Source: Dimorphilus gyrociliatus (lineage: Eukaryota; Animalia; Annelida). Taken from it: a stretch of 64,000 bases of DNA. The notes beneath the pieces are model-generated. The model was not told where the DNA came from. It did not search any database and worked only from the letters and a program-made list of their open reading frames with translations. Location of the stretch: positions 1,550,001 to 1,614,000 of the forward strand of contig CAJFCJ010000001.1 of the NCBI GenBank assembly GCA_904063045.1. The letters are read 5' to 3'. Below are positions 49,231 through 60,981 of the stretch, one piece after another. The position numbers and the translations under genes are program-made. Within the stretch, counting starts at the first letter, position 1; each line of letters opens with the position of its first letter.

Positions 49231-50283
49231 TTATGAAACTATTGTTGGAGCCCAATCGTCTGGCTCTGAAGCCCAATTCACTCCATATTTAGTTTTTAAA
49301 CAGTTCAACAGTTTTTCAGCTTTATTTGATAGGTCTTCATCATCATATTCAACTATTTCTGAGAGCAGAGGCCCAATAGTAGATGATAATACTCCATTTA
49401 CTGCATCCTGTCTGATTTCTTCAGGTAAATCTTTCAGTTGCCAGTAAAGTATTGTGAGGAGTTTACTATAGAATTTTGGGTATAGACCGATGGCCTCTCG
49501 ACAAGAGCAAAGAAGGTTTATTAAAATTTTCCATTTTTCTAACACTTCATAAATATGGCCTACTAATAGGAACACATAAGTGGCCTGTAATTCCCCTAAT
49601 ATCTCCTCTTCTGATGATTCTTGAAATAACTCTTTAAGTTGCCATGATCTATCCAGGCAATGCTTAGTTATATCTTCTTTATTGCAGAATTTTGGAGGAC
49701 GAGCCTTTTCTTGAATAATAGACCAATTTATAATTGTCCCTGGAAAAGGTAGCATATTTGGTAGACCTTCATTTTTTGAACGGCCCTGTCTTTCAGCAGT
49801 ATTTGAACGTTCAGGCATAAGATTCGGAACTGATGTCATATATCCACAATCAGGCATTAAACGCTTTAAGAGTTTTTCATTTATAACAGATGTTAAAGAA
49901 ATCCATCGTCTATACGTATCGTAGGGATAAGGTACTAAACGATGGTCAATACTCTGCTTATTACTTTCTATATCTTCGTCACCAGTTAAATTAACGCGTT
50001 CAACTCTCTCTTCCAAATCTAACCATTTCCACACCAGTACTTCGCCCGGAGAAGTATGAATTAATATGCTGGTTCTTGGCCCTTGTCGTTTCATTTTGTC
50101 ATCATTACAATTCCAGAACAAAAGGTGTACTCCCGGAGGAATCATTTTTATACCGGCGATATCTCCATCAAATGTCTTCCAGGTACATGAACAATCTATA
50201 CCGAATTCTGAACCAACAGGTAAGTTAGTTGTAACAATGGTAGCACCCTTATTGAAAAGGTACTGAGCCTCGTCTTGATCCAT
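49231..50283 (-). CDS. AAR2: U5 snRNP assembly factor AAR2, intronless
   Basis: MDQDEA..LF..GAT, GSEFGID, GIKMIPPGVH, PYPYD..RRW.SLT, EILGELQ..YV..L.G..Y..LEKWK. Confidence 0.92.
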   Translation of the reverse strand: MDQDEAQYLFNKGATIVTTNLPVGSEFGIDCSCTWKTFDGDIAGIKMIPPGVHLLFWNCNDDKMKRQGPRTSILIHTSPGEVLVWKWLDLEERVERVNLTGDEDIESNKQSIDHRLVPYPYDTYRRWISLTSVINEKLLKRLMPDCGYMTSVPNLMPERSNTAERQGRSKNEGLPNMLPFPGTIINWSIIQEKARPPKFCNKEDITKHCLDRSWQLKELFQESSEEEILGELQATYVFLLVGHIYEVLEKWKILINLLCSCREAIGLYPKFYSKLLTILYWQLKDLPEEIRQDAVNGVLSSTIGPLLSEIVEYDDEDLSNKAEKLLNCLKTKYGVNWASEPDDWAPTIVS

Positions 50284-50338
50284 TAAGCTAAAATTAACTA
50301 TATACACTAAATTCAAGTCGTACGTTCTTCTTACGATT

Positions 50339-50430
50339 AACCGGTTTTATAGTTAACCGGTGTGCGGAAGCGCAAATCACGTGTCTTCCTTTTTAGCCGC
50401 CATATTGGTTATTGCAACTGCACGTGTAAG
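50339..50430 (+). promoter_or_regulatory. Bidirectional AAR2/FAU promoter with a ribosomal-protein TCT/5'TOP start
   Basis: AACCGGTT (50339-50346), GCGGAAG (ETS/GABP-like), CACGTG, polypyrimidine CTTCCTTTTT (50385-50394), GCCGCCATAT (YY1-like), then a gtaagt donor of a non-coding first exon. Confidence 0.7.
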
Positions 50431-50555
50431 TTTTTAAAGAATTACGTAGTTAAACAATTACATATTACACAACCAAACGTAAAAAGTATCTATACTTAAG
50501 ACTAAGATCCGTCAGAAACGAAATTTGCTTTAAACGCTCTTGTTAAACAGGCATA

Positions 50556-51025
50556 ATGCAGCTGTTTGTTCGAGGCCGTACTACACACACTCTCCAGTTG
50601 ACTGGAAATGAAAATGTCAACGATTTGAAGGTAATTTACATTTACTTTCAAGTAAATTGTAACTAAAAACCAATAATTTCTTCTTTATTAACTTGTGATT
50701 AAAGACAAAATTGGCTGAAGCCGAAGGAGTTCAAGTTTCTGAGCTTGCTCTTTACGCCGCTGGTGAACCTTTGGCAGATAATGCCCAATTGAACTCATGC
50801 ACTGAATTGTCTACTTTGGATTTGGAAGTCCGTCTTCTCGGTGGTAAAGTTCACGGTTCTTTGGCTCGTGCTGGTAAAGTAAAGGGACAGACCCCCAAAG
50901 TCGACAAGCAAGAGAAGAAGAAGAAGAAGACTGGTCGCGCAAAGAGACGTCTTCAATACAACAGACGATTCGTCAATGTTGTTTCCACTTTCGGACGTCG
51001 TAAGGGACCTAACTCTAACAGTTAA
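50556..51025 (+). CDS. FAU: FUBI-ribosomal protein eS30 fusion; exons 50556-50630, 50705-51025
   Basis: MQLFVRG...RLLGG|[19 protein letters not shown]...[13 protein letters not shown]...GPNSNS*. Confidence 0.98.
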
Positions 51026-51574
51026 ATGTAGTACTTGGGGGATAAATACAGTTTTGGATGATATGATTTTATGAACTTATCATGAAATGAAAAAGTTTAA
51101 CCTCATATTTGTAACATTATTAATATGGTAGAAAAATTTTTGACAATAATTTACATTCAAGTTATCGTCTTATTTAGACAGAAAAATAAGCAATCAAAGA
51201 TGGAACCATTATCTAGACTAAAGAAAGTAGAGGCAGCAGTTTCAAATTACATATAGGACCATAGTGTATTTCAATTCCACATTACACATAACATCTACTT
51301 GAAACAATATATACTGAATAGATTAATAACTAAAGTATACCGAATATTGTATATATTTCATCGAAAAAAAAGCAGATAATTTATAAGCATATGCTTTATT
51401 TACTCTTGCAAATAATCTAAAAATAATTCTATCAACTGTAAATAATACGATTACAAAGAATACGAGAAAATATAAATCGGATTTTTACAAAAAGGTCATA
51501 CCAATTCGGTATTTGAAGAGCACACGCTAACGGCAAATTAGCGAGATAAAGCTCAGATCTTTTTTACCATAGAA

Positions 51575-54500
51575 ATGATAAATTCGTTTGATTACAATAT
51601 GAACAAATTGAAGAAAGTAGACAGTCATGACAGTTGTTCCTATTCTCTAAAAGTATTCAACATGTCATCAGACTCGCAGACTGTTGAATATAGAGACATA
51701 GAAGTAGAAGAAAGTTCATCTGTTGATGATGTTGTTAAAATTGCGCTAAATAAGTTTGGAATACCTGAGTATGAGGTATCAAGGTATGAATTGAGGGATG
51801 TCATAGGTAAATATAACACAGAAAGATGGATAGAAGAATATGGAAAGCTTCTGCATTCTAACGAAAAGCCAGTTTCCATGGAGCAATTTATAAGACCATC
51901 GAAAGGCTACATGAGAAGGTTTGAATTAAAGAAAAAGGATAACCAGAGTAAGAAGAGAAAAGGTTTGTAAAATGTTGCAATTTAACTTGTATAAGGTATA
52001 TTAGCTCGAATATAATTTTTGTCTAGAATCAAAAAATTTCATTCAATCAATTGCTGCTTTTTCGGAATCAATCGATTGTCAGATTGTAAAAATGCCGAAA
52101 AATGAACCATTTTTATTGTTATTATCTGGAAATGATAGCGAAACTGAAAAAATGGTACACCCTCTAGTCGGAACAGTTTTAACCGTTGGAAGCGATCCTC
52201 AGGGTTGCGATATTCCTCTGCAAGAGGAAGATATTGGTGGACGTCATTGTTGGTTAACAATCCACAGGAATAATGATAGAACATTTCTGGGCGTAGAACC
52301 ATTAGCGGATTGTAAAGTTAAGCTTAATGGTAATCGTATTAGAGAGCCTACAAATGTTTTCTCGGGTGATATTATACAATTTGGCGAATGTTTTACATTC
52401 TTTTTCAAGGTTAAAGAAATAAGTCATTAGTGTGAAATTAAAATTACAATTTATATTTAAAGAAATTCTACTTAAAAAAAAAACTGTTTATTTATCTCTT
52501 GAACCTTGAAGGACCCAAATGATTCTATAAACAAGGCTAACGTTAAAACTTTAAATTTCGAAGAAGACACTGTAGATTATACTACGGAAGAACTAGTAGC
52601 TAGATGGCTAAAGATGAAGAAAGAATGTTACGATCAAGATAGAAAAAGACATAAGTTTGCTTTTGATTTCGATAAATCGAAGGAAATTATTCAATATGCT
52701 GCAGACTTAATAGATAGAGATGGAACATATTACCGTTTAGCTCCGGTTTATTTCTTTGCAATGACTATAGAATATTGTTCCGTTCATCAACCGCAAACAC
52801 ATACGAGGCAATTCATGATAGATCTTACGGAAACCATTCAAAGTAGTATACAGGTAAAAAATCAGAATCCTAATTAATCAAATATACATTTTTAATGTTT
52901 ATTTATAGAATCTGAGTTCAGTGGTTGATGATCTCGATCCGAAATATCACGATGTCGATTCACAAGATGAATTTAACCAAAATTTTAGCAAACTGTCCAG
53001 CTGGTTGGCTAATTGTAGTGAACTTTATTACTTTTTAAAAAAAAATATAACTCAATATCTTATGGATCCTTCAACTTCATTGAAGGAGGAAGACTTTCGT
53101 TTAGTCGATGTTGAACAAAGAGTAGAATCATCTCTTCAAAATTCTATTCATAAAGCTTTTCAAACTACCATTAATTATTTGACAAGATTACTTAATAAGT
53201 GCATTAATCAAATGATCAATTGTTGTTTTGAAGATATAGAAGATGAAGACAATATTCACTTAATTGATTTACTACAAAGTATCGTTGATATCCTAGAAAA
53301 GAGTCTTATTCATTCAGATATAATTCGAAATTTATTGGATTGTATATTATTTTTCATCAATTGTACAGTTCTAAATGAAATCTTACAAAATGGTAATTAA
53401 ATACGAAAATTTGCATATTTAATCAAAAATTTTGCGTTGTTTTAATTTTAGATAAATATTTTAATTTCCAATTTGGAATTCGTATAAAAACGCTTCTCGA
53501 TCCTTTTGGCGAATGGATTATCGATAATTGCTTAAAAACTAAAGCAGATGAAAAATTGAAAGGTTTACACCAGTTAGTTTCCTTACTATCAACACCTCAA
53601 ATCATATTATTAGAGGTAAGGTAGTGTTTTATAATTAAGCTATTTATTCTGTAACCCTTGATTTTTTTTTTGTTATTTATTTAGAATAATTGGATGGAGT
53701 TAAAGAGGAAATATCCATCTATTCCTTCTCAAAGATTATATTATATATTAAAGAATTATAAACTTAAGGGTAATAGATCTCTTCCGAAACTCTGGGAGCC
53801 GGATGAGTGTATTACAGATAGCGAGGATATTATACTTGAAAACTTTACTAATTTCCCAAAGCTAATCATTCCAAGGAATGGCTATCAGGTCAATTTGAAG
53901 AATAAGAGCATAGATAAATCTTTCTATGAAACGCTTGCGAAGATTTCATCTGCATTTTACACAGCTAAATCCATGCAAGCTAAAGTTGATAATGTACTTG
54001 GGAAAGAGACAGTATCGAGACAAGAGACGCTTTCATCATCTTACACCGTCTCAAGAACAAAAAGCACTAATACAATCGATCTCCTCGCTGAACTAGAAGG
54101 TATTGATATACCCTACGATCTTAATGAGCTACCCGAAGGAAGGTGCAGGGCTAATTCTCAGGGCAACGAGATAGAAGGAGCTAACAATAAAGAAGAAGCG
54201 TTAGCATTTTCAAGGCGAAGAGCATGTTCAGAAAATTTACCAAGAAAGGCCCTTGGAAGTTTTCAGCAAAGGAGTCACTCGATTAGCTCTCCTGATGTAT
54301 CTATAGGTGGAGTAGAATCTCTTAAACCAATTAGACCACCAAGAAGAAAAAAAACAGAAAAGATAACGAAAAAAGAATTAATACCTAATGAACTAGCTAA
54401 ATTAAACAACCTAAAACAACAACTAATCAACGATTTTATACCAACAAAGAGAAAAACGTCGAAGAAGAACAAGAGAATGACGTTAAACAGTATAAAAACC

Positions 54501-54806
54501 ACTACCAAGGATATTACTAAATGCCCTGCAAATAATTTGCAAGTGCCTCTTGCTAATTTCATAACCTCAAGATCTACTTCAAGATCTTCAAGTATTTACT
54601 CAGTTAGGTCCGATGATTCTGTCTTTACTGCCGACGAGGAAGTAAAGAACATTAATAGCAGATGCCTATTAGAAGAAAATAAATTGGTAGACGACAATCT
54701 AGAATCCAATCAATATCTATTATCAGTCACACCGAAGACTGGTGAAATGTTCCCTTTATCGGACTCTTCCTTTTGCCCTGTAAACTTTCAGTCAACCAAC
54801 TTTTAG
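51575..54806 (+). CDS. Ras-association (RA)-FHA-Dilute (DIL) protein, RADIL/RASIP1-like, 6 exons, no PDZ domain seen
   Basis: RA domain (YRDIEV..SS..DVVKIALNKF..YEL.DVIG..RRFEL), FHA domain (LTVGSD..DI.L..IGGRHC..VKLNG..GDIIQFG) and DIL domain (WLANCSELYYFL; FFINCTVLNEIL; GIRIKT..LVSLLSTPQ..RLYYILKNY). Confidence 0.75.
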
Positions 54807-55222
54807 ACAGCAAATCTCGTAAGATTTATTATTTGCTCCACCTAGAGGACATCATCTGTAACACCTATCCTCATCCCCTCTCTTATTTATCATAAATCCT
54901 ATAGAGGTTAAAAAACTAATCGTAAATAAAATCCTTTTAAAATAAAATATAAATGAATGAAAAATTGTCTAATTAATTAAGCAATTTCCAAAAGATTATC
55001 GTATCGTGCAGAGAGGGTAATTCAACAGGAAATCAATCTTCCCTATGTGTTCATTTATTCCTTTTTTTTCCTTGAATATCAGTGCAATTGAACGACATAA
55101 GTGGAAAGAGTTAAACATAATATAAAATATAGAGCAAAAATTCGTTAAAAATTGACAATTTCCAGTATGGCACTAAGACGACTAAAGTAATATTTAAAAG
55201 GGATAAAAAAGGGCAATGGACA

Positions 55223-56020
55223 TTAAACTAAAGAGGATAACGTGCCTGTTTTACGATCCCAAATAGTAGTTATTTTTACAGTTTTGGGTACATTGAAATG
55301 TGCATGAGTACAGTGTGCTTCAATATCAGCATCTACGCAAGTCTCTTTTATTCTAATGGCTTCATTTGTTTCTTGAGTGCTTATATTCAATCTCTCCATG
55401 TCTGATTGACTCTTTCGTAAAATCGATTTTGGCTTATTGTCGATTCGTTTAGAGTTTATCCGCCTCTGACGGCAGCTGGATACTATTTTATCAAATTCTG
55501 TTCTATGAAATTCGTTATAAGACATTTGCCTTTGAATTACTTCGAAAGTCTTGACTGAACTGACGTAGCAGTCTTCCCTATTAAATTTAATGCTTGGTTT
55601 AATTAGGCGAGAATCCGACATAGTTCTCTTAATTCCATGAGAAGAACTTGGAAGAGATACTGCAGAGGATATAGGGGTATTTCTTGAAAAATTTTCTAAT
55701 CGTCTAGCGTGATAGAGTCCATTTTCATTCGTTTCTTCCCAGGATTCGTTTGAATTCGTTTCAACGCCACTATCTTCATGAATTTCCTTGATGCTCACTA
55801 ATTTTTCGATTTTCTTTTGCAATTCGTTGACGTCCCTCTTCTTTATTTGAGGTTTAATAGTTGCAATTGGAAGGCATTTTTCATTTCTTATTGAGGAAGA
55901 CGACTGCTTTAAGTATAAGTAGAATGAACTATTAACGTCTAAATTTTCATCAACATCATCTTGTACAATCATAGTATCATCAGATGCGTCGCTCTCATCC
56001 GATCTTGCCTCCTCATTCAT
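55223..56020 (-). CDS. Orphan Ser/acidic low-complexity protein (265 aa ORF); may have upstream exon(s) at 56544-56432 or belong to the CEP15-like gene
   Basis: Long ORF preceded by an in-frame acag acceptor near 56045; no family recognised. Confidence 0.55.
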   Translation of the reverse strand: MNEEARSDESDASDDTMIVQDDVDENLDVNSSFYLYLKQSSSSIRNEKCLPIATIKPQIKKRDVNELQKKIEKLVSIKEIHEDSGVETNSNESWEETNENGLYHARRLENFSRNTPISSAVSLPSSSHGIKRTMSDSRLIKPSIKFNREDCYVSSVKTFEVIQRQMSYNEFHRTEFDKIVSSCRQRRINSKRIDNKPKSILRKSQSDMERLNISTQETNEAIRIKETCVDADIEAHCTHAHFNVPKTVKITTIWDRKTGTLSSLV

Positions 56021-56887
56021 TTTAATGTTAAAATTAATAGGGCACCTGTTTATAAATCGTATTTAGATAGAGAAAAGACTTCAGGTCAAGAATGTTATCA
56101 AAATCTTATCTATACTTTTTTACTGTTGAATACAAGAGTTTGATATCAAATTGAACAGTGCAAATGTAAATATGTATAAGATATATACAAACATATATTT
56201 ATAAACATACGTTATTTATATAGATATGGGTAATATTTATTTTTAATCGAATTACACCAAGTTATAGAGACGTATACATATGACAAACATATACGCTTAA
56301 ATATCTCCGCGCGTATAGGCTCCTCGACTAAAGGATAGAAACTCTTAAGTATACAAACCTTGTATATATAGAACTTCAATAAGTAAGTTAAGTAATAAAC
56401 TTGGGTCGTTAAGTAATTAGTAACTAACCATAGCAAACAATCCGCTAGGCAAACATCTCCATCACCTGGCGGTGTACAACCCATTAACAACCGATTATTA
56501 TCGAGAGGCGGTGCGTGCTTTGAGAAAACAAAATGGCGATTCATACTCTATTATTACGCCATGAGTATTATTTTCCGAGATCGATACCATACCTTAGCTG
56601 TAGCATTAATTCATATTCATTAAGCTAACAGCAAGAGCGCTATAGTCGGTGTTTGTAAATATCGAATATGATTATTTGCTATTTACGTAGGCAACCTAAA
56701 TAAGAGCTAATAACAGAAACAAAACACAAACTTTTATCATTTTCATATTCGTATCTCGTTTTTTTTATTAAAAAAATTTAACAATCAGAAAAGTTTCAAT
56801 CTCTATTCAAAAAGAAGAAAGAAACTAATTAATAAAGTAAAATACATTGAAAGAACACATAGATAAAGTAACAATCAGTAACAATAG

Positions 56888-58047
56888 TTAATTTCGTGGA
56901 ATAACCCTCTTCGTACGTGGCGATCTCCTCTCAAATGATCCTGTTGATCTCAAAGAACTTTTCATATCCAAAGTACCAGTTCCAAATTCATCTGAAAGAT
57001 GAAATCCCTCAGATGATATTCTTTTTGATGAATGGGACAAATGGCTGAAGCAGATGGAGAAGATGTGACAAAAAGAAAAACAAGCAGAAAAGCAATTATA
57101 TATCTATAAATTGCTCGTAAAGCGTTAAAGTAACAAAAAAAAAAACAAATAAATTATAAACTGAATAGCTGGATTAGCGATTATCTACAAAGTTTGTAGA
57201 TTAAAGACACACCCTGTTACTTTTAAATAAACACTAATTAAAATATAATAAAATGTGCTAATTAGAGAGCCTTTAAAAGTTTATATTGATCTTTCTATTC
57301 GAATATTCTAAAGCCCTATTTATTTCGATTCCAACAGCTGCTTGTTATACCCAAAAGATTATGATATTATTTAAATGAGACTCTCAACTGACAAACGTCA
57401 CAGGTAATCGATTTGATGTGTACATTTCGTAAATAAGCAATCATAACCTTTTTTGTGATGGGCTGGGCGTTCTTGACCGTGGGGTTAATCTTCTTGGGCT
57501 GCCACCTGATCGTCTCCCAGGAGGCGGTGACGGTGTATGACTTCCCCTCCTGTATGACTTATCATAGCTTTCATCACACCAGAGTTGATAAGTCTTTCTC
57601 ATCATTGCCAAATAATTTTTCTATGTAATTTTTAGTATTAATCGTATAGATAATTAATATTTTATCATTTAGTTTGCTTACCCTCACTGTTTTAAATTTT
57701 GGTGTATCTTCTAAATTTATCTCAAACGTGTCTTGTGATAATTCTTCTATACGCTATTGCGTAATTAGTACTTAGATGCAAATTCGTAAGATTGACTATA
57801 TTTTATTTATACTTACTGCACATATTTGGTTATTTCTTTCCCTCGCTTTTTCATAACTTGACACAAATGAAAATGATTTTCTCATCTGAGAATCGAAATA
57901 TCGCTCAGTACCTCTTAAGAGAGCTTCGCGTCTTTGCAGTCTGTTGAACAATATACTTGTTAATAGTTTTTAGATTAATTTACAATCTATTTACAATTCG
58001 TCATATTTTCGATTTAATTCCAATTCTTTTTCCAACCAAATAGACAT
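56888..58047 (-). CDS. CEP15/C3orf14 (DUF4570)-like protein with an RS/SP-rich C-terminal extension, 5 exons
   Basis: Spliced MSIWLEKELELNRKYDELLQRREALL..EKARERNNQICARIE..PKFKTVRKNYLAMMRKTYQLW aligns by eye with C3orf14 (EIRLSKRHEEIVSQRLMLL; TAFKRNLSLLKDIE; PEVVSLETRYW..KW). Not present in the ORF track. Confidence 0.6.
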
Positions 58048-58205
58048 AACCCTTTTGCAATTTCGTTACTAATGTCAACAATAATCAATTGAATTCACAG
58101 TTTTTGTAATGTCCAGAAATGGCGCGTAATTTGTATTATTTAAAATATTTTACAAACAAGGTGACGCAATCAAGAAAATTCATTAAATTCAAATGAAAGA
58201 TTAAA

Positions 58206-58814
58206 ATGATATCTAATCGTGAGAAAAGACTCGAAATAAATTCTTCAATCAATAGTTTATTAAAGTTGATATGTTCATTTATCCTGATTTCACTGTTCGC
58301 CATTCAAATATTAACAGAGTTTATAACATTCCTATTAAACGATCTCTTAAACTATACAATGAAAGGAATTAAAGATGTTCAATATTTCATTCAAGAAGGT
58401 AGAAAAAGTCAAATAGAAATCAAAGAGCAAAGAGATAAAGTTGATGAAAAGTTTGAAACAAGCGAGGAAACAAGCGATCCGCAGCAAAGTTACTTTGAGG
58501 CTGAAAATAATTTCTGTTGTACATCATTGGAAAATAATGACTCACTCAATTCAACAGAAGCTCAAGATAACAAACCTATTAACCTCTCAACCTATTGGGG
58601 TATGCATAACACGAAATTTAAGGATAACAATAACAATACTGACATAGAAAGCTTTCCTGACAAGTCTAAATTATGGTTAAAAGATTTAACATATCTAACA
58701 CCCGGCGTCAAATTACCTCCAACGTTAACTAAAGGAAAAGGACAAGTTTTCATAAGCAAAAAATCAAGGCCGATTAATAGATTTGATTTTTTAAGTGATC
58801 AGAAAGATGACTAA
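58206..58814 (+). CDS. Orphan intronless protein (202 aa) with an N-terminal hydrophobic segment
   Basis: ATG-initiated ORF divergent from the CEP15-like gene; LICSFILISLFAIQILTEFITFLL could be a TM anchor. Confidence 0.55.
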   Translation: MISNREKRLEINSSINSLLKLICSFILISLFAIQILTEFITFLLNDLLNYTMKGIKDVQYFIQEGRKSQIEIKEQRDKVDEKFETSEETSDPQQSYFEAENNFCCTSLENNDSLNSTEAQDNKPINLSTYWGMHNTKFKDNNNNTDIESFPDKSKLWLKDLTYLTPGVKLPPTLTKGKGQVFISKKSRPINRFDFLSDQKDD

Positions 58815-59032
58815 CTTTTTATTTTTTCATAAATATGTTAATAGTCCTATATACAACCTAAATAAAATAAAAGGTTAGGAAGCTATTTTTATACTCTACT
58901 ATTGATATTTTAAAAATAAGATTAAGATATTGTTCTAATGTTAACTTCTGTTCAATTTATTGTTAATCTTGTATCTGATGATGATAGAGACAAATAACTA
59001 GACATACTAGATGATCATTGGAGCGTTTCGAA

Positions 59033-59829
59033 TTATTCAGCAACCTTTAAGACTAAAGGTCCAACATTATCCCCAGTTTCTTTATTATGTGCATTGTGAG
59101 ATCCATCGCATAAGGGGAACTAAAAAAAATGAGGCGCATATATAATTATATTGAGTCGTTTAAATGTTTTTCTCTTTACCTTCTTTGATCTCCAACATCG
59201 GCAATATGAAACTTTCTTACAAATTTCTTCAATTTCAACGAAATCTACAACCTTTTCTTTCTCCTTACATATTGATGGGTTACATTTTAGAGTTTTCGTG
59301 GAACGTCTATTAGCAGCAGGACAAGTTACCTTATAGGTAATGTAGACGGAAAAAGACACAATTCCCAAAAATGGAAGTAGCTTTATGATCTCAGATGCTA
59401 AAAATTATCATAGAAAAAACAGTTATTATTTAAATTTTGATAGGGTTCTCATTTCAACAATTCACATGGTTTAATTGTTTTGAGTCACGTGATTTTATTT
59501 TATAATAATGAAGAAACACATGAAATTTTATTATAATATTGTTTATACTATACAAGAATCTAGCAAATACTCTCTGTTATAAACTTTGCAACTTCTTATG
59601 GTAAATGACAGGATAATAATATCATTTAAATAATAGAGTATTGTTTTTTCGGTATTTTTGATACTTAAAATTGTACAATTATAGCATTTTGCTTTCCATT
59701 TGAATAGTAATACTTTAAAAATTTTTATTTACCATTGAGTTTAAATAAACCAGCAAAAGAATCTGGAATAGGCAAATTCTTAAGATAATTAGGAAGAGAA
59801 ATTCGGACAAGGTTGTGTAGCGACTCCAT
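59033..59829 (-). CDS. CISD2: CDGSH iron-sulfur (NEET) protein, CISD2-like, 3 exons
   Basis: MESLHNLVRISLPNYLKNLPIPDSFAG (CISD2-type N-terminus), TM segment, YCRCWRSKK|FPLCDGSHNAHNKETGDNVGPL. Confidence 0.92.
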
Positions 59830-59954
59830 TTTGATTTGTTCGTAAAGAAATAATTTTTAAGGTGAATAAAGTATATATAATTTAAAAATAAAAAGATATA
59901 GCGTTATCTGTTTCCGAAGAATATCATAATACTATTTTGTACGTAGATTCCAAC

Positions 59955-60774
<820 letters not shown>

Positions 60775-60981
60775 AGTAGACAGTTTTTTGTTTGTTTTTC
60801 AGTTTTTCATAAGTTTGTGGCGAATAAATACGCCTTAGAAAGAAACAATTCAATATTTTCGAGATGAATAGTGACGCTATAATAGTGAAAATGATTTTTA
60901 ACATCATAACAGCAAAAAAACATGTAAACCATATATCAATAAAGGTCTTATCAATATATGATATTTTAACTTTATAAGACT

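Noticed and set aside
27304-54806. CCM2 and a RADIL/RASIP1-like gene (both Rap1-junction pathway) in one window
   Set aside because: They are 23 kb and many unrelated genes apart; there is no evidence of functional clustering.
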